A model generated the notes under the pieces. The model was not told the DNA's origin. It ran no database searches and worked only from the letters and a program-made list of their open reading frames with translations. A stretch of 39,649 nt of DNA, from positions 1 to 39,649 of the forward strand of contig KZ538935.1 in the NCBI GenBank assembly GCA_000934665.2. Direction: 5' to 3'. Source of the stretch: Catajapyx aquilonaris. Taxonomy: Eukaryota. A program made the translations under genes and the position numbers. Positions 25,401 to 34,405 of the stretch are shown one piece after another (the first letter of the stretch is position 1; every line of letters begins with the position of its first letter).

Positions 25401-28400
25401 GAGAAATAGCAGATTTGGTACCCCTGCGGTTATGATTTTTTTCAGGGCGAACGAAAAATGTCACTGAAAAATAGCCAGTGTCATTCGTCATCGTTTCGAC
25501 GGTGGTACTTCGTGTAATTTTTCCGTAATAATCGGAGACCAAGCCCTGACAACTTTTCTGGATCTGGCCTGATTTGAAATGGAACCACCCAGGTTCATGT
25601 TAAAAACAATCCATATTCCCTTACCACAGTTTGTATGCAAGTTGCAACATTAACAACATTGGATTAAAACATGTTATGATGAAGTGCACAATGCTCAGAG
25701 ACATGAGCAAATGACTACTAAGGTTCCTAGTTAAGAAATCCCAGTTAGTCAAATAACAATTCCCAAACTGCAATGGTCAAGCCTATAAACAGTGTTGAGT
25801 CTAGTAAGCAAAACAGTCAAAGACATCCCCAAAAGTTCATGGACACAGAGGAAAGAAACATAAAAAGCATTGTCCGGTGCGTAATCTTCCAGTAAGTCAC
25901 TGCCACTTGGCTTGCTTCCAACCCATTAATTATTCCGCTTTACAATGGAAATTCCTGAGCTAGGAGTGGAAGCCACTTTCTGCAAAAACTGACCTTGGCA
26001 TCAATGATGGCCACCCACGTGCTACAACTACCTACTAGTACATTCTTTGCAAGATACATTCACTTTTATGCTAGCCAAGAACTGAAATGACTGCGAGCTG
26101 AACCATAACGAAGGAACATTGTGTCTCGAAGAAAAGTCTGTCAATTTTTAGAAAGGCAATACTACTATTTAAATACTATTCCTGAGCCAAAAGTACATAG
26201 TATTTAAAAAACATATCACCACCACTACCCCCAACCAGATTTTAAAATGCAGTTGGGTAAATTTTTCCATCATCAAGAATAGAAAAGTGAGCCAATATTT
26301 AAGAAAGTTACTTGTGCTAATCAAAATTAGCTTTTCTGCTATGGCATGCTGCCAAGGTGACTTGGACATCTAGTTTATTACGTAAAGTTCTGTTATAAAA
26401 AATGCAGTCTTGTCATCAATTATTATTTGAGGAAATGACAGGATCTTACATTCTAGCAGTTGCATGACTGTAGACTGTTGACGACAATAGATATTCATTC
26501 GGGGGAGGCACGGTGGCCGAGATGGTAACGTCTCGGCTTGCTAAGCGAAAGGTCCCGGGTTCAAATCCCCACCCGGGAACAAACCTTTCGCTTGCGTCAA
26601 TGGGTCGTGACCCGTGCCTAAGGAGGCATCTTGGCAACCTGACCTCCTGGGGGACTGCACCTGGCCCACCGCTGGACAATGCACCTGCACATGTGTCCCC
26701 TCCCCAAACCCCCAACCCTTACCCCATTTCCGAGTAATCCTTGCACCGGAGTTCGAAGATATAAACCATTAGAAAACTGTATGGTGGTCTGCCATCCCCC
26801 TATATCGACCAAGTGTTGTATCACGGAGTAAATAAATAAATAAATAAATAAAAGATGTTCATGCATGCCTTTTTCTACAATATAACATTCGAGCCTTACA
26901 GTTCTGGTTTAGGGCCGTTTTCTCGAACAGTGGTTCAAATGTAAACCGGGTTCAAAGCCGGTTTAATACCTGATTTGATTGTTGTTAGGCTGTTGTCAAG
27001 GGTTTAAACCGGCTTTGAACCAGGTTTACATTTGAACCACTGTTCCAGAAAACGGCCCTTAGTCTCTATCTCTATAAATAAGGAAGTTTGTCAATTTGTC
27101 AGTTTGTTTGTCCCTTATAGAAATCCGGGGGAAGGCCCCTACACCGCCTTAAATTAGCATATCGGGAGTTACATTTTTCAAGGAATTTAATGCGCATGTT
27201 TCAGCTTCCGAAAATGTACCTAACACCCATAACACGCATATTCCCAATTAACCAATTGCAATTACCTATTTAACAATATTCATAGATTTCCATGGTAATG
27301 CCCTATTACATTGTAGGCCTACCACCATAACTTACCCGGGCAACGCCGGGTAACCTGCTAGTTTATATTATTTTTGCTTTTCACAAATTGCAGCCCACTA
27401 ACTGTTGAGTAAGCATTCATTGAATCTCACAAAAAAAATTTTTTACCAGCATGACTTGTTCTCACAAGGCACCTTTTACTTTTCTACCCTCCCTCACAAT
27501 TGGCCTTACGGACCCTCCAAAGAGCCACAGATGGAATTTAGCCAGTACATTACTTGTTCAGAACTACTACTAGTATTTTGCAGCAAAAAATTTAGTACAA
27601 TATTGTAGAATGGCTTTCAAATTAAATTATTTTAAAAATCTCTCATGTTGTCCAGATGAAAACTGCCCCTTAGGTCGATATTGCTATACTTCTGGGTGCC
27701 TACCATCACAATATCACCTATAACTTTGCACTCATACACTCGTCACAAGCAATGATACGTTACGTAAATCACAACATACCCTATTACTTCAGGTTAGGAA
27801 ATTTTAAGTACAAGTTCTTGTCAACACTCCAATACTTGCGCCACTCAAGTTTTCACACAGTAGAAAAAGCAACGCCCTGCTATGGTTGACACTGTGCCTC
27901 AAAAGTAGCTAATTCTCATTCCCAAGTGCCTTTTCTGTCACCATTAAATTTCCCTCTTAACTTGCTGAGCCAAATGACAGGCAACAATGTCGATACCTTG
28001 TGCCGAGCCCAGAGCAGACTATGTGCAGGCATACCTTGCTTTATGCACCTTGCTTTGCAGCACTTTGGTAACATGGCACTTTCAGTTATATTCATTTTCA
28101 TTATTTTTGGCATTTGTCTTGCTCTTGAGGCACATGCACACATCAGCTGAGCATTTCAAAATGTATTATTTTCACTTTTACATAGTTTTTTCTGGCCTAG
28201 GGTTATTGTGCATTTAATATATGATATCGTAAACATGTTTTAAGGCATTTATGGACACTATCAAGTGAAAAATGCCCACAGTTCGCTTTTAGAGCAGTGG
28301 TTGGAACTGAACCTGCTGCTTTAGCGAGGTATGCCTGTATTGGAGTACTGAGTACCACCACTTACGACTAATTATTTTTCTATCATAGCAGTGTGCCAAT

Positions 28401-28755
28401 ATTCAACTGCGTGCTTACTTGGTCTAACAGCTTATTCACAACTGACTTTCTGTATAGTTGTAATGGCCATAGCACTTTGTGGAAAGATGGAGGCTCAATA
28501 TCTCCGCTTATTTCCAAGGCATGGCAAGAACATGATAACATTAGTTGCTTCAGGTTCACAGCGAGTCATGTCGATTAGAACATAACACTCATACAACCAT
28601 CAACATTGTCACACGGAATTTGAAGGTCGGGCCTTACATCGTACTTGATGAGGCTAGCTGACATTCTCTGAGCAAACATGTTATCAGTCAGCACATTACA
28701 TACCTCCTCCATTGAAGCCTCCATCGTTGGCATTGACCACACTGGTGGCCTCCAT
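7032..28755 (-). CDS. RhoGAP68F: Rho GTPase-activating protein 68F / ARHGAP1 (p50RhoGAP)-like, 8 coding exons, 467 aa
   Basis: join(complement 28704-28755, 21627-21737, 20522-20783, 13527-13745, 13027-13125, 12475-12656, 9600-9907, 7032-7202) = 1404 nt. All introns are GT-AG, phases 1,1,2,2,2,1,0. BCH motifs [45 protein letters not shown]; RhoGAP motifs [35 protein letters not shown]. Confidence 0.95.
7484..8293. mobile_element. Non-autonomous Mutator-like (MULE) foldback element
   Basis: 9-bp TSD TCCTGATTC at 7475-7483 and 8294-8302, GG...CC termini, long repetitive inverted arms (gcacccagcccaag / cttgggctgggtgc), a central (TAGGT)n tract and four 21-bp tandem units at about 7838-7917. Confidence 0.85.
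8938..9137. mobile_element. About 200-bp palindromic MITE, possibly piggyBac-like
   Basis: cattcagggggtcgacggggtggtaatgcggtaggtggccatg is mirrored by catggccacctactgcattaccacccgtcgaccccctgaatg. TTAA flanks are degenerate. Confidence 0.7.
9600..9907 (-). CDS. RhoGAP68F: RhoGAP coding exon 7 (arginine finger)
   Basis: Acceptor ctccacag; (A)[19 protein letters not shown]...KYIMQFLSK; donor gtgcga. Confidence 0.96.
10626..11321. mobile_element. Tc1/mariner-derived foldback MITE built from two inverted transposase 3' ends
   Basis: About 310-bp inverted arms (mirror ORFs 10583-10807 and 11112-11324) encode [17 protein letters not shown]. The right end is CACCCTG|TA; the outer left terminus is missing. 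Confidence 0.88.
12030..12048. other. Assembly gap (19 N) next to a poly-C run
   Basis: Run of n characters. Confidence 0.99.
12475..12656 (-). CDS. RhoGAP68F: RhoGAP coding exon 6
   Basis: Acceptor aattacag; HDRDLMASN...[35 protein letters not shown]; donor gtcagt. Confidence 0.95.
12765..13012. mobile_element. Sola-type MITE, 248 bp
   Basis: Perfect 33-bp TIR gaggggtgtggtggaaaaacatgataactgaca, GAG...CTC ends, 4-bp TSD ATTT. Confidence 0.85.
13027..13125 (-). CDS. RhoGAP68F: RhoGAP coding exon 5 (absent from the ORF track)
   Basis: Acceptor attttcag; (S)[32 protein letters not shown]; donor gtaagt. Confidence 0.94.
13527..13745 (-). CDS. RhoGAP68F: RhoGAP coding exon 4 (BCH domain)
   Basis: Acceptor aattgcag; [23 protein letters not shown]...RIFTPAI; donor gttggt. 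Confidence 0.96.
13924..14309 (-). mobile_element. tRNA-derived SINE, family B (long form)
   Basis: Minus strand: head accgaagcagtagtggtggagtgg (A box), ggttcgagtccc (B box), central ggttttcc...ccgggatcgtacc...aggccacagctgcttcc domain. Homologous to 16013-16281. Confidence 0.85.
14940..15246 (-). mobile_element. tRNA-derived SINE, family A (older copy)
   Basis: Reverse complement aligns with 26501-26852 (gtaacgtctcggcttgct..gcgaaaggtcccgggtt). Confidence 0.82.
15388..15640 (+). mobile_element. tRNA-derived SINE, family C (3' truncated)
   Basis: A box gtggcactgcggtaa, B box gttcgatccc. Body aligns with 30158-30460. Confidence 0.82.
15656..16366. mobile_element. Mariner-derived foldback MITE carrying a nested SINE
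   Basis: TA|cgagggcgaatcagaaagtaat ... attactttctgattcaccatcg|TA. The about 170-bp arms encode a mariner C-terminus ([20 protein letters not shown]). Confidence 0.88.
16013..16281 (-). mobile_element. tRNA-derived SINE, family B (short form)
   Basis: 15-bp TSD CTTTCATATGTATAT at 15998-16012 and 16282-16296, B box ggttcgaatcc, (TAAA)n tail. Confidence 0.92.
16422..16483. repeat. (ATT)n microsatellite, about 20 units
   Basis: Seen directly. Confidence 0.98.
17272..18529 (+). mobile_element. Near full-length decayed mariner element, 1258 bp, with transposase pseudogene (about 17440-18463)
   Basis: TA TSD and about 60-bp TIRs (cgaggtaggcgccaaaagtttccgtc). Motifs [30 protein letters not shown] and EGDYIEK*, broken by several stops and frameshifts. 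Confidence 0.93.
18534..18870. mobile_element. pogo/Tigger-type MITE directly abutting the mariner
   Basis: TA|caggtagtcc ... ggactacctg|TA. Confidence 0.8.
19491..19883. mobile_element. Tc2/pogo-type MITE
   Basis: TIR ccgtatttacgcgcatataagacgcacc / ggtgcgtcttatatgtgcgtaaatacgg, internal taagacgcac repeats, TA and CA flanks. Confidence 0.85.
19958..20399. mobile_element. Tc1/mariner MITE, 442 bp
   Basis: TA|cagggtgaagggaaact ... agtttcccttcaccctg|TA, with about 105-bp TIRs. Confidence 0.9.
20522..20783 (-). CDS. RhoGAP68F: RhoGAP coding exon 3
   Basis: Acceptor atttatag; (D)[18 protein letters not shown]...[29 protein letters not shown]; donor gtacca. Confidence 0.94.
21627..21737 (-). CDS. 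RhoGAP68F: RhoGAP coding exon 2
   Basis: Acceptor acaatag; (A)[36 protein letters not shown]; donor gtaagg. Confidence 0.9.
22365..23044. mobile_element. Older Tc1/mariner-derived foldback MITE
   Basis: cagggtgtcccacta ... tagtgggacaccctg|TA, long diverged arms, and a [10 protein letters not shown] trace at about 22730-22760. Confidence 0.82.
23244..25590 (-). mobile_element. Sola (Sola2-like) DNA transposon, internally deleted, with about 900-bp TIRs
   Basis: 4-bp TSD AGGT (23240-23243, 25591-25594) and termini gggtggttccatttcaaatcagg. Arms 23244-24151 and 24672-25590 are nearly identical; the spacer holds a transposase fragment. Confidence 0.88.
24152..24620 (-). pseudogene. Sola2-like transposase fragment
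   Basis: [13 protein letters not shown] ... [30 protein letters not shown] associate the DF(A/S)EN ... EIQS.HW motif with Sola2 transposases from memory. Truncated on both sides. Confidence 0.75.
26501..26852 (+). mobile_element. tRNA-derived SINE, family A (full length)
   Basis: A box ggtggccgagatgg, B box ggttcaaatccc, (TAAA)n tail, imperfect TSD agatattcattc / agatgttcatgc. Confidence 0.9.
26912..27058. mobile_element. PIF/Harbinger MITE, second copy
   Basis: Same family as 3674-3820, with TSD TTA. Confidence 0.9.
27063..27361 (+). mobile_element. Non-autonomous Helitron, 299 bp
   Basis: 5' TCTCTATCTCTATAAATAAGGAAG and 3' hairpin cccgggcaacgccggg followed by CTAG|T. Homologous to 29648-30720. 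Confidence 0.88.
28704..28755 (-). CDS. RhoGAP68F: RhoGAP coding exon 1 (start)
   Basis: In-frame TAG directly before the [20 protein letters not shown]; donor gtatgt; phase 1 matches exon 2. Confidence 0.75.
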
Positions 28756-29064
28756 CTAGTCTGATGATGTCAGTGTCGTTCAGAATCCACCTGACCCACA
28801 GCAGGATCCCATCCCCCAATAGGCACCTCTGTCCCAGACAAATCTTTGTACCCAGCGTAGTAAGCAAATCCGCCTTAGAGAGTTCTGGCCGCTAAAGAGG
28901 CAACAGCTGGTCGTGGTCCATTTCCCCTTTAGGAAGTGACCTCACGGAGGCAGCACTCTCAGCAGCGCTCACAACTTGCGGTGGATGGAGGATTGCAGGA
29001 GAGTAGCTGGGGGCAGACGGGGAGGATGAGCGGGGAGGGGTAACAACTGGGAGGAGGCGCTTAC

Positions 29065-29500
29065 CAACTGCGATGTTGCGAAAGTACACTTTTTGCAAAC
29101 CTTGATGGACATCTTTGATGAAGGCGACACTACAGATTTTAGAGGATCACCCGAGATCACCGAAGTAGATCACAGCGCATGCGTACTTGCGAAGTCCGGG
29201 TAGAAAGTTTATATTAAAATTGGGCACAGACTGTGCTTGAACTGTTTTGAGACATAATGAATCACTAAACGGAAACATTTTCCCGAAGAAAGGACACAAT
29301 AAAACTTGGCGAAATTTTGGCCTATTGACCTTAGAAGTTGCCTTAGAAAGTGGCATCTGGAGCAGGAGGTGACACCTAGTGGCAAAATAGTGATTTGAGT
29401 AATGGCGGGTCGAACGGATCCAGTTCGCGCGTGGTTCGCGTGCAGCTTATGGCCGGGAAGGAAATGGAAAAAGGAAACTTATTGCTCAGTAGGAGTAAGT
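29065..29500. promoter_or_regulatory. Probable RhoGAP promoter and 5' UTR exon, possibly bidirectional
   Basis: CpG-richer stretch free of recognisable TEs. Minus-strand donor TTG|gtaagc at 29064, NRF1/Ewg-like gcgcatgcgt at 29175-29184, CTCF-like gccactaggtgtca (minus) at 29370-29383. Confidence 0.55.
29402..29494 (+). other. Candidate first exon of a divergent transcript
   Basis: aATGGCG, open frames, and a consensus donor gtaagt at 29495. No downstream exon recognised. Confidence 0.35.
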
Positions 29501-29647
29501 TGTAAGTAAGAAGATTAAGAGGCTGAAAAACATGGTTTCAACGATATGCTCTGCCTCCTGCTCATCGGGATGCCCTTACGTGTATTTAGAGAGAGAAAAA
29601 AACAACTCATGCTTTGTCTCATTTTACCAACCCACTCTTATTGACGA

Positions 29648-30720
29648 CTAGTAGGTTACCCGGCGTTGCCCGGGTATGTTGGGGTGCTGGTAAAGATAGG
29701 GGTACATATCTGTGATAGATTACCTGCTTGTCTTATAGCGTACAGTCGACACGGATATTCTGATTGGATGTGTAAAAGGAGGAATGCGGATGGAGTTGAC
29801 CCAGGAAAAGACTGCACAGCCATGTGTTTTTCCCCCTGCATTTTTGACCCCTTGACCCCTCAACCCCACCTCACACCCCCACCTCGTTCCATATGTTTGC
29901 TCTGAAGAACTTTAGAAATGTACGTACAGATGTATGATGGGAAATTTTGTTTTCAACACGGAGCTATATTTTGCAAATACTGTATTATTTAATTGTATTT
30001 ACTTTGTCTGGAAGTCTACTTTCAAATCCCACAAAATCCCGGAATTATACCATAAGATACGAAGTCACGTGAGGTGGCCAATTAGCGTAATTGGTGGATG
30101 CTCTGAATTTACGGAGATGGTTTAATTTGCTAGGTATTGTGGCATAAGGGCATTTCCTAGGGGAGACAAAGTGGCGCTGCGGAAACGTCGGGTTCGATCC
30201 CAGCCCGGGGTTCCCTCCTTCATCCCGTGCAGAGTTGGGTCGTCTCTGGCTTCGTTTCGGGTGGAATCTCCTCAGACTAATCCACCCGGGGGAGTTCACA
30301 AAATATACCGTTTGAGAATTGCACTTGCACCTTGCACATCCCCTCCAAGTCACCCTGCCCGTGGGCCCGGGCGCTACGACAAAAAGGTTCCATCAAGACG
30401 AAATAAAGGTTCCCTCCCTGCGGTACGATGCAGGGAGGTAAATAGCTAAAAAAAAAGAGAGGCATTTCCATGGGAATGCAGATTGATTTATTGTTATTGA
30501 TGTAAGCTAATTGTTGAGGCAGGAATATGCGTGTTGTGGGAGTTAGGTACATTTTCGGAAGCTGAAACATGCGGCGTTAGATTCCTTGGAAAAAGTAACC
30601 CCCGATATGCTAATTTAAGGCGATGTAGGGGCCTTCCCATGGATTTCTATAAGGGACAAACATCCAAACTCGCAAACTCACAAACTAACAATCGAGCTTC
30701 CTTATTTATAGATATAGAGA
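29648..30720 (-). mobile_element. Non-autonomous Helitron, 1073 bp, with a nested SINE
   Basis: Minus strand A|TCTCTATATCTATAAATAAGGAAG ... cccgggcaacgccgggtaacctaCTAG|T. AT target, no TSD. Confidence 0.9.
30158..30460 (+). mobile_element. tRNA-derived SINE, family C (complete 3' end)
   Basis: B box ggttcgatccc, terminal hairpin ctccctgc/gcagggag, A tail, TSD GGCATTTCC at 30149-30157 and 30461-30469. Confidence 0.88.
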
Positions 30721-30828
30721 TAAGGCATTTATGCTGAGCGAAAGGTAAAGCGAAAATAATAGTCTACGTCTGTGGTGGTCAGTCGTCAGACGCTGGACAA
30801 TCGGTGGGTCGGAGGTCAGCATGCTGCT

Positions 30829-31434
30829 GGGTGGTTCCATTTCAAATCAGGCAGAGGCTGTCAGGGATTGGTCTCTGATTATTACGAATAAATTACACGA
30901 AGTACCGCTGTCGAAATGATGAAGAATGACACTGGTTATTTTTAAGTGTCATTTTTTATTTACTCAGAAAAAAATCATAACCGCAGAGGTACCAAATCTG
31001 CTATTTCTCGAAGTTAATTTTTTCTCAATTTTGGACGCTTGTACCAATTTTACCATGAGGTACACAAAAACCAAATTTGGATGGAGCAACTGCCTACGTA
31101 GGTCTAAATTTTCAATATAAAATAATTACGAATATATGATTAGCAACTGCGGAAAGAATTGGCAAAAATGCTGTTTTGCGACACTTTAGCAATTTGCGCA
31201 AATTTTTCTTTGCAAAAAAAATATTAGTAGGCAAATGAAACATATAGACTTTCAGTACAACTCATACCCTCTCTACTTATCAGCTTTGTTAAGCTTTGAA
31301 ATCAAAGGTTAACAGTGGGGTCATTGTTGAACATTGCTAACTTCGCAAAACATGGTTTGGAAGAAAATAATTTTCTCAAAATACCCACGGGATAATTGAA
31401 CACTTATTTATTTCTGGGCAGAGGAACATCTGAG
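30829..31434 (+). mobile_element. Solo truncated arm of the 23244-25590 Sola family
   Basis: Colinear with about 23244-23852 and visibly more diverged. Confidence 0.9.
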
Positions 31435-31472
31435 GAGAGCCTAAACCCTAAAGAAACCTGCAAACTGCTATC

Positions 31473-31880
31473 GGGTGGTTCCATTTCAGATCAGCCAGTG
31501 AGTGAAAAAGGTGTCAGGTCATAGTCATCGATTTTTTTGAAAAAAAATTTGTGAAACCCACATCCAATTAAACTCTCATGGGGCGATCAGTTTTACGAGA
31601 TTTAATTTAGTTATCGAGATATTAATATTTCTTTGAAGGGGTACCAAAATCACAATCACGCGAAGATGCACTTTTCCCGCTTTTTCCATTGCTTTCAATG
31701 AGTATATCTCGGGTACTGTTCTGAGAACCAACATGAAATTTTAAACCCATGCTTTTGGAATAACACACTGTCATAAAGTTACCTCATTTAATAGTACAGT
31801 CACCTGCAAAAAAAATCACCGATCTTGCATATTTTGGTCAAAATGCGCATATTTCGCAATTTATTACGCCGTTATGGTAA
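31473..31880 (+). mobile_element. Terminal arm of a second Sola-like family
   Basis: Starts gggtggttccatttcagatcag; an inverted homolog lies at 37295-37693. Confidence 0.78.
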
Positions 31881-32019
31881 ACGTAACGGTTGTGCTGATT
31901 ATATTTTGTGATATACTCGGTGACCCCCTCCAGGCTATGAAATAAAACCTTCGTTAGCTCCGCGTGTAGTTGAGATATGCGAGGTGAAAATATGGCAACA
32001 AGCGAAAACATGCATATTT

Positions 32020-32600
32020 CAAAATTTATTTTCTCAAAAAAGCAATTTTTAATATTTTATTTTTATTTTTTATTCTAAAAGGAAAGGCACGGTATAAAAT
32101 TAACTGGTGTCAAAACCCCGTATATATTTTTTATACGTGAGATACAAATTTATGTAAAGTCACAACTTTCGTAATTGTGCTACAAAATGCACAATTCAAA
32201 TAAATATTTTCTCGAAGAAGCCATTTTAAATATTTTATTTTTATTTTTTATTTTACAAGAACGGACATGTTATAAAATTAAGTATATATTTCTTATACGT
32301 GAGATATAAATTTTTGTAAAGTCACAACTTTCGAAATTGTGCTGGAATATGCACACTTAAAATAAATATTTTCTCGAAGAAGCAATTTTGAAAATTTAAT
32401 CGTTATTTTTTGTATAACAAAGTAGCATGAGTTCGATTATAAAATTATATCAAAATTCGGTATAATTTATATTTGTAGTCAGTGAGATACGAATTTTTTT
32501 CACAGGGGTGATTTTTGTTTCTATGCAACAACATGCACATTTCAAAAATTAATATATGGAAAACGCCATTTTTAATGAGCAATATTCTTTTATATTTCAA
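32020..32600. repeat. AT-rich tandem subrepeats (about 160-185 bp, 3-4 diverged units), probably element-internal
   Basis: Recurring attttctcgaagaagc.atttt and tacgtgagata.aaattt.tgtaaagtcacaactttcg. Confidence 0.7.
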
Positions 32601-33429
32601 TATTGGTTACGCTACCAACAGAAATGCCATCAATTATAACATTTGGATAGATCTACGTATCTATAATCAAACTCCATTTTTTAAGTTTTGAGAATTTCTA
32701 ATGAATTTTAAATCGATTCTGAGAGGGGTTAAACCCGGTGTTCTTCAAGAGCACACTGGATTTGTTTAAATTAATTGGTGTACCCCATATAATACAACCA
32801 CCACTACATCATTGTAGTTTGTGGTTTAATATATTCAAACCGACGATAACAAACCGGCGGATAACGGAGACTCACTGTGTACCGAAATGCCCGTATACTA
32901 CACTTGCACAACTCCAGGATAAGATCAGAATATTGGCTCCATTAAAATTAATGGTAAATCGGGAAACATATCTATTATTTTCTGGCGAGCCATGCATGAC
33001 CCAGGATTTAAACTGAACATATTGAATCTTGTACGGGTCACAACTCCTGTCACCAAATATGGCTGCTCTTACCCAAATACATCACTAATTGTTGGGGCCT
33101 AAACACTTGGATATGTTACTGAGCATGTGACCTATGGAATGTCATACATGTTTTTCTGAGTGCAATTTCGACAAAAACAAATTCCATAGGCGCATTCTAC
33201 TCTCGTTACTCTTTCATTTGATATATATGTTGATTGGGTTTTGACCACTTCCAATAACCGAAAAAGATTATCCAAAAAAGCGCCCCATTTTCAAAATTTC
33301 CGCTTTTTTCCCTCCCCATGGTATTTCCCAATTTGGCAGAAACTTATTGATATACAATGTTACGGCATAGGTGTGTATAGATATGATTATTTTTAGGATA
33401 TTCCGAGATGGTCTAGCAACATTTAGGAA

Positions 33430-33432
<3 letters not shown>

Positions 33433-33501
<69 letters not shown>
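33433..33501. repeat. (TAA)n microsatellite, about 23 units
   Basis: Seen directly; it explains the poly-N ORF. Confidence 0.98.
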
Positions 33502-33503
<2 letters not shown>

Positions 33504-33528
33504 TAATTTATATTAATTTAGGAATATT

Positions 33529-33649
33529 ATGGAAAGTCACAAGAGGACTCCCACAAGAGAAAAGGCATTCCTGTGCAAAGTGTGCGAAAAAGGTTTTTCT
33601 TCAAGGTCTAGTTACTACAGGCATGTTTGGCTTCACAAGGGATTGAAAC
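33529..33649 (+). pseudogene. C2H2 zinc-finger remnant cut by the Gypsy LTR
   Basis: MESHKRTPTREKAFLCKVCEKGFSSRSSYYRHVWLHKGLK fits C-x2-C-x12-H-x3-H with a degenerate HTGEKPF linker. Confidence 0.75.
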
Positions 33650-34013
33650 TGTGACCGAATTTGACCGTGTTCAGAATATGCCCCACTTGATGGATGTTAT
33701 TTTGTATCACAATGTACAGGTACCATTCCAACCTTGCTTCCCACGTGTCGCATATCCATCTCGCACTGGGGCACTACCTATATAACCGGGCGCCGATCTA
33801 CGCTCGAGGCTTAGTAGCCAGGACAATATCATGGCCAACAGTCACTCCTCTCTGGAGGTTACCTACCTTTACCCAGTTATCCTTTATGCCTCTCTGGTTA
33901 CCTACCTTTACCTAGCTCTCCTTACGTACTCATTTTCTTGCAAATATATATATTGTGCTAGAACGTAACCCATCTTGATTTTCTTATGTGCGTACCCTAC
34001 CGCTCGGGTCACA
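33650..34013 (+). repeat. 5' LTR, 364 bp
   Basis: TGTGACC...GGTCACA inverted ends, TATA-like ctatataa at about 33778, an internal duplicated ggttacctacctttacc, and a PBS 8 nt downstream. Confidence 0.8.
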
Positions 34014-34021
34014 CGTAAGCG

Positions 34022-34039
34022 TGGTGTCAGAAGTGGGAT
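34022..34039 (+). promoter_or_regulatory. Primer-binding site complementary to the tRNA-Leu 3' end
   Basis: TGGTGTCAGAAGTGGGAT is the complement of ...ATCCCACTTCTGACACCA. Confidence 0.85.
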
Positions 34040-34405
34040 AGGTTTCTCCTTTGTGAGTTACTTATCGGTTCAGACAGTTACGAGTACATATCCCCATCTC
34101 CCAGGTTTGAAGTGTATAGGTGGATATTGTGTTATATAAGTCTCACGAGTACATACGCCGGTGTGGGCATTGCGAAAAAGCACTTGCTCAAGGGTTTGTG
34201 TACAAGTGACAGTGTTTTCGTATAGGGACCGGTGTCTACGTTGCGCTACGAGCACACGTTGAAGGGTCCAAATACGAGGGTATTTGGGGAGTGTATATCT
34301 GGTGTGTAACAAGGGACGGTGAGACGTGTTACACCCCCCTTTTTGGGTTTGTTGGTCCACCCCCTTTGCGGGTTAAGTCTTCCGAAGGTTTTTGTGTATA
34401 TCACT

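Noticed and set aside
23283..25542. Duplicated 90-aa ORFs on opposite strands
   Set aside because: Mirror images within the TIRs, with TTG starts and no recognisable domain.
26501..26580. tRNA gene candidates here and at other A/B-box sites
   Set aside because: No convincing acceptor stem; each continues into a SINE body, several with a tail and TSD.
7203..28703. Minor-spliceosome (U12) introns in RhoGAP
   Set aside because: No donor matches RTATCCTT; all are ordinary GT-AG.
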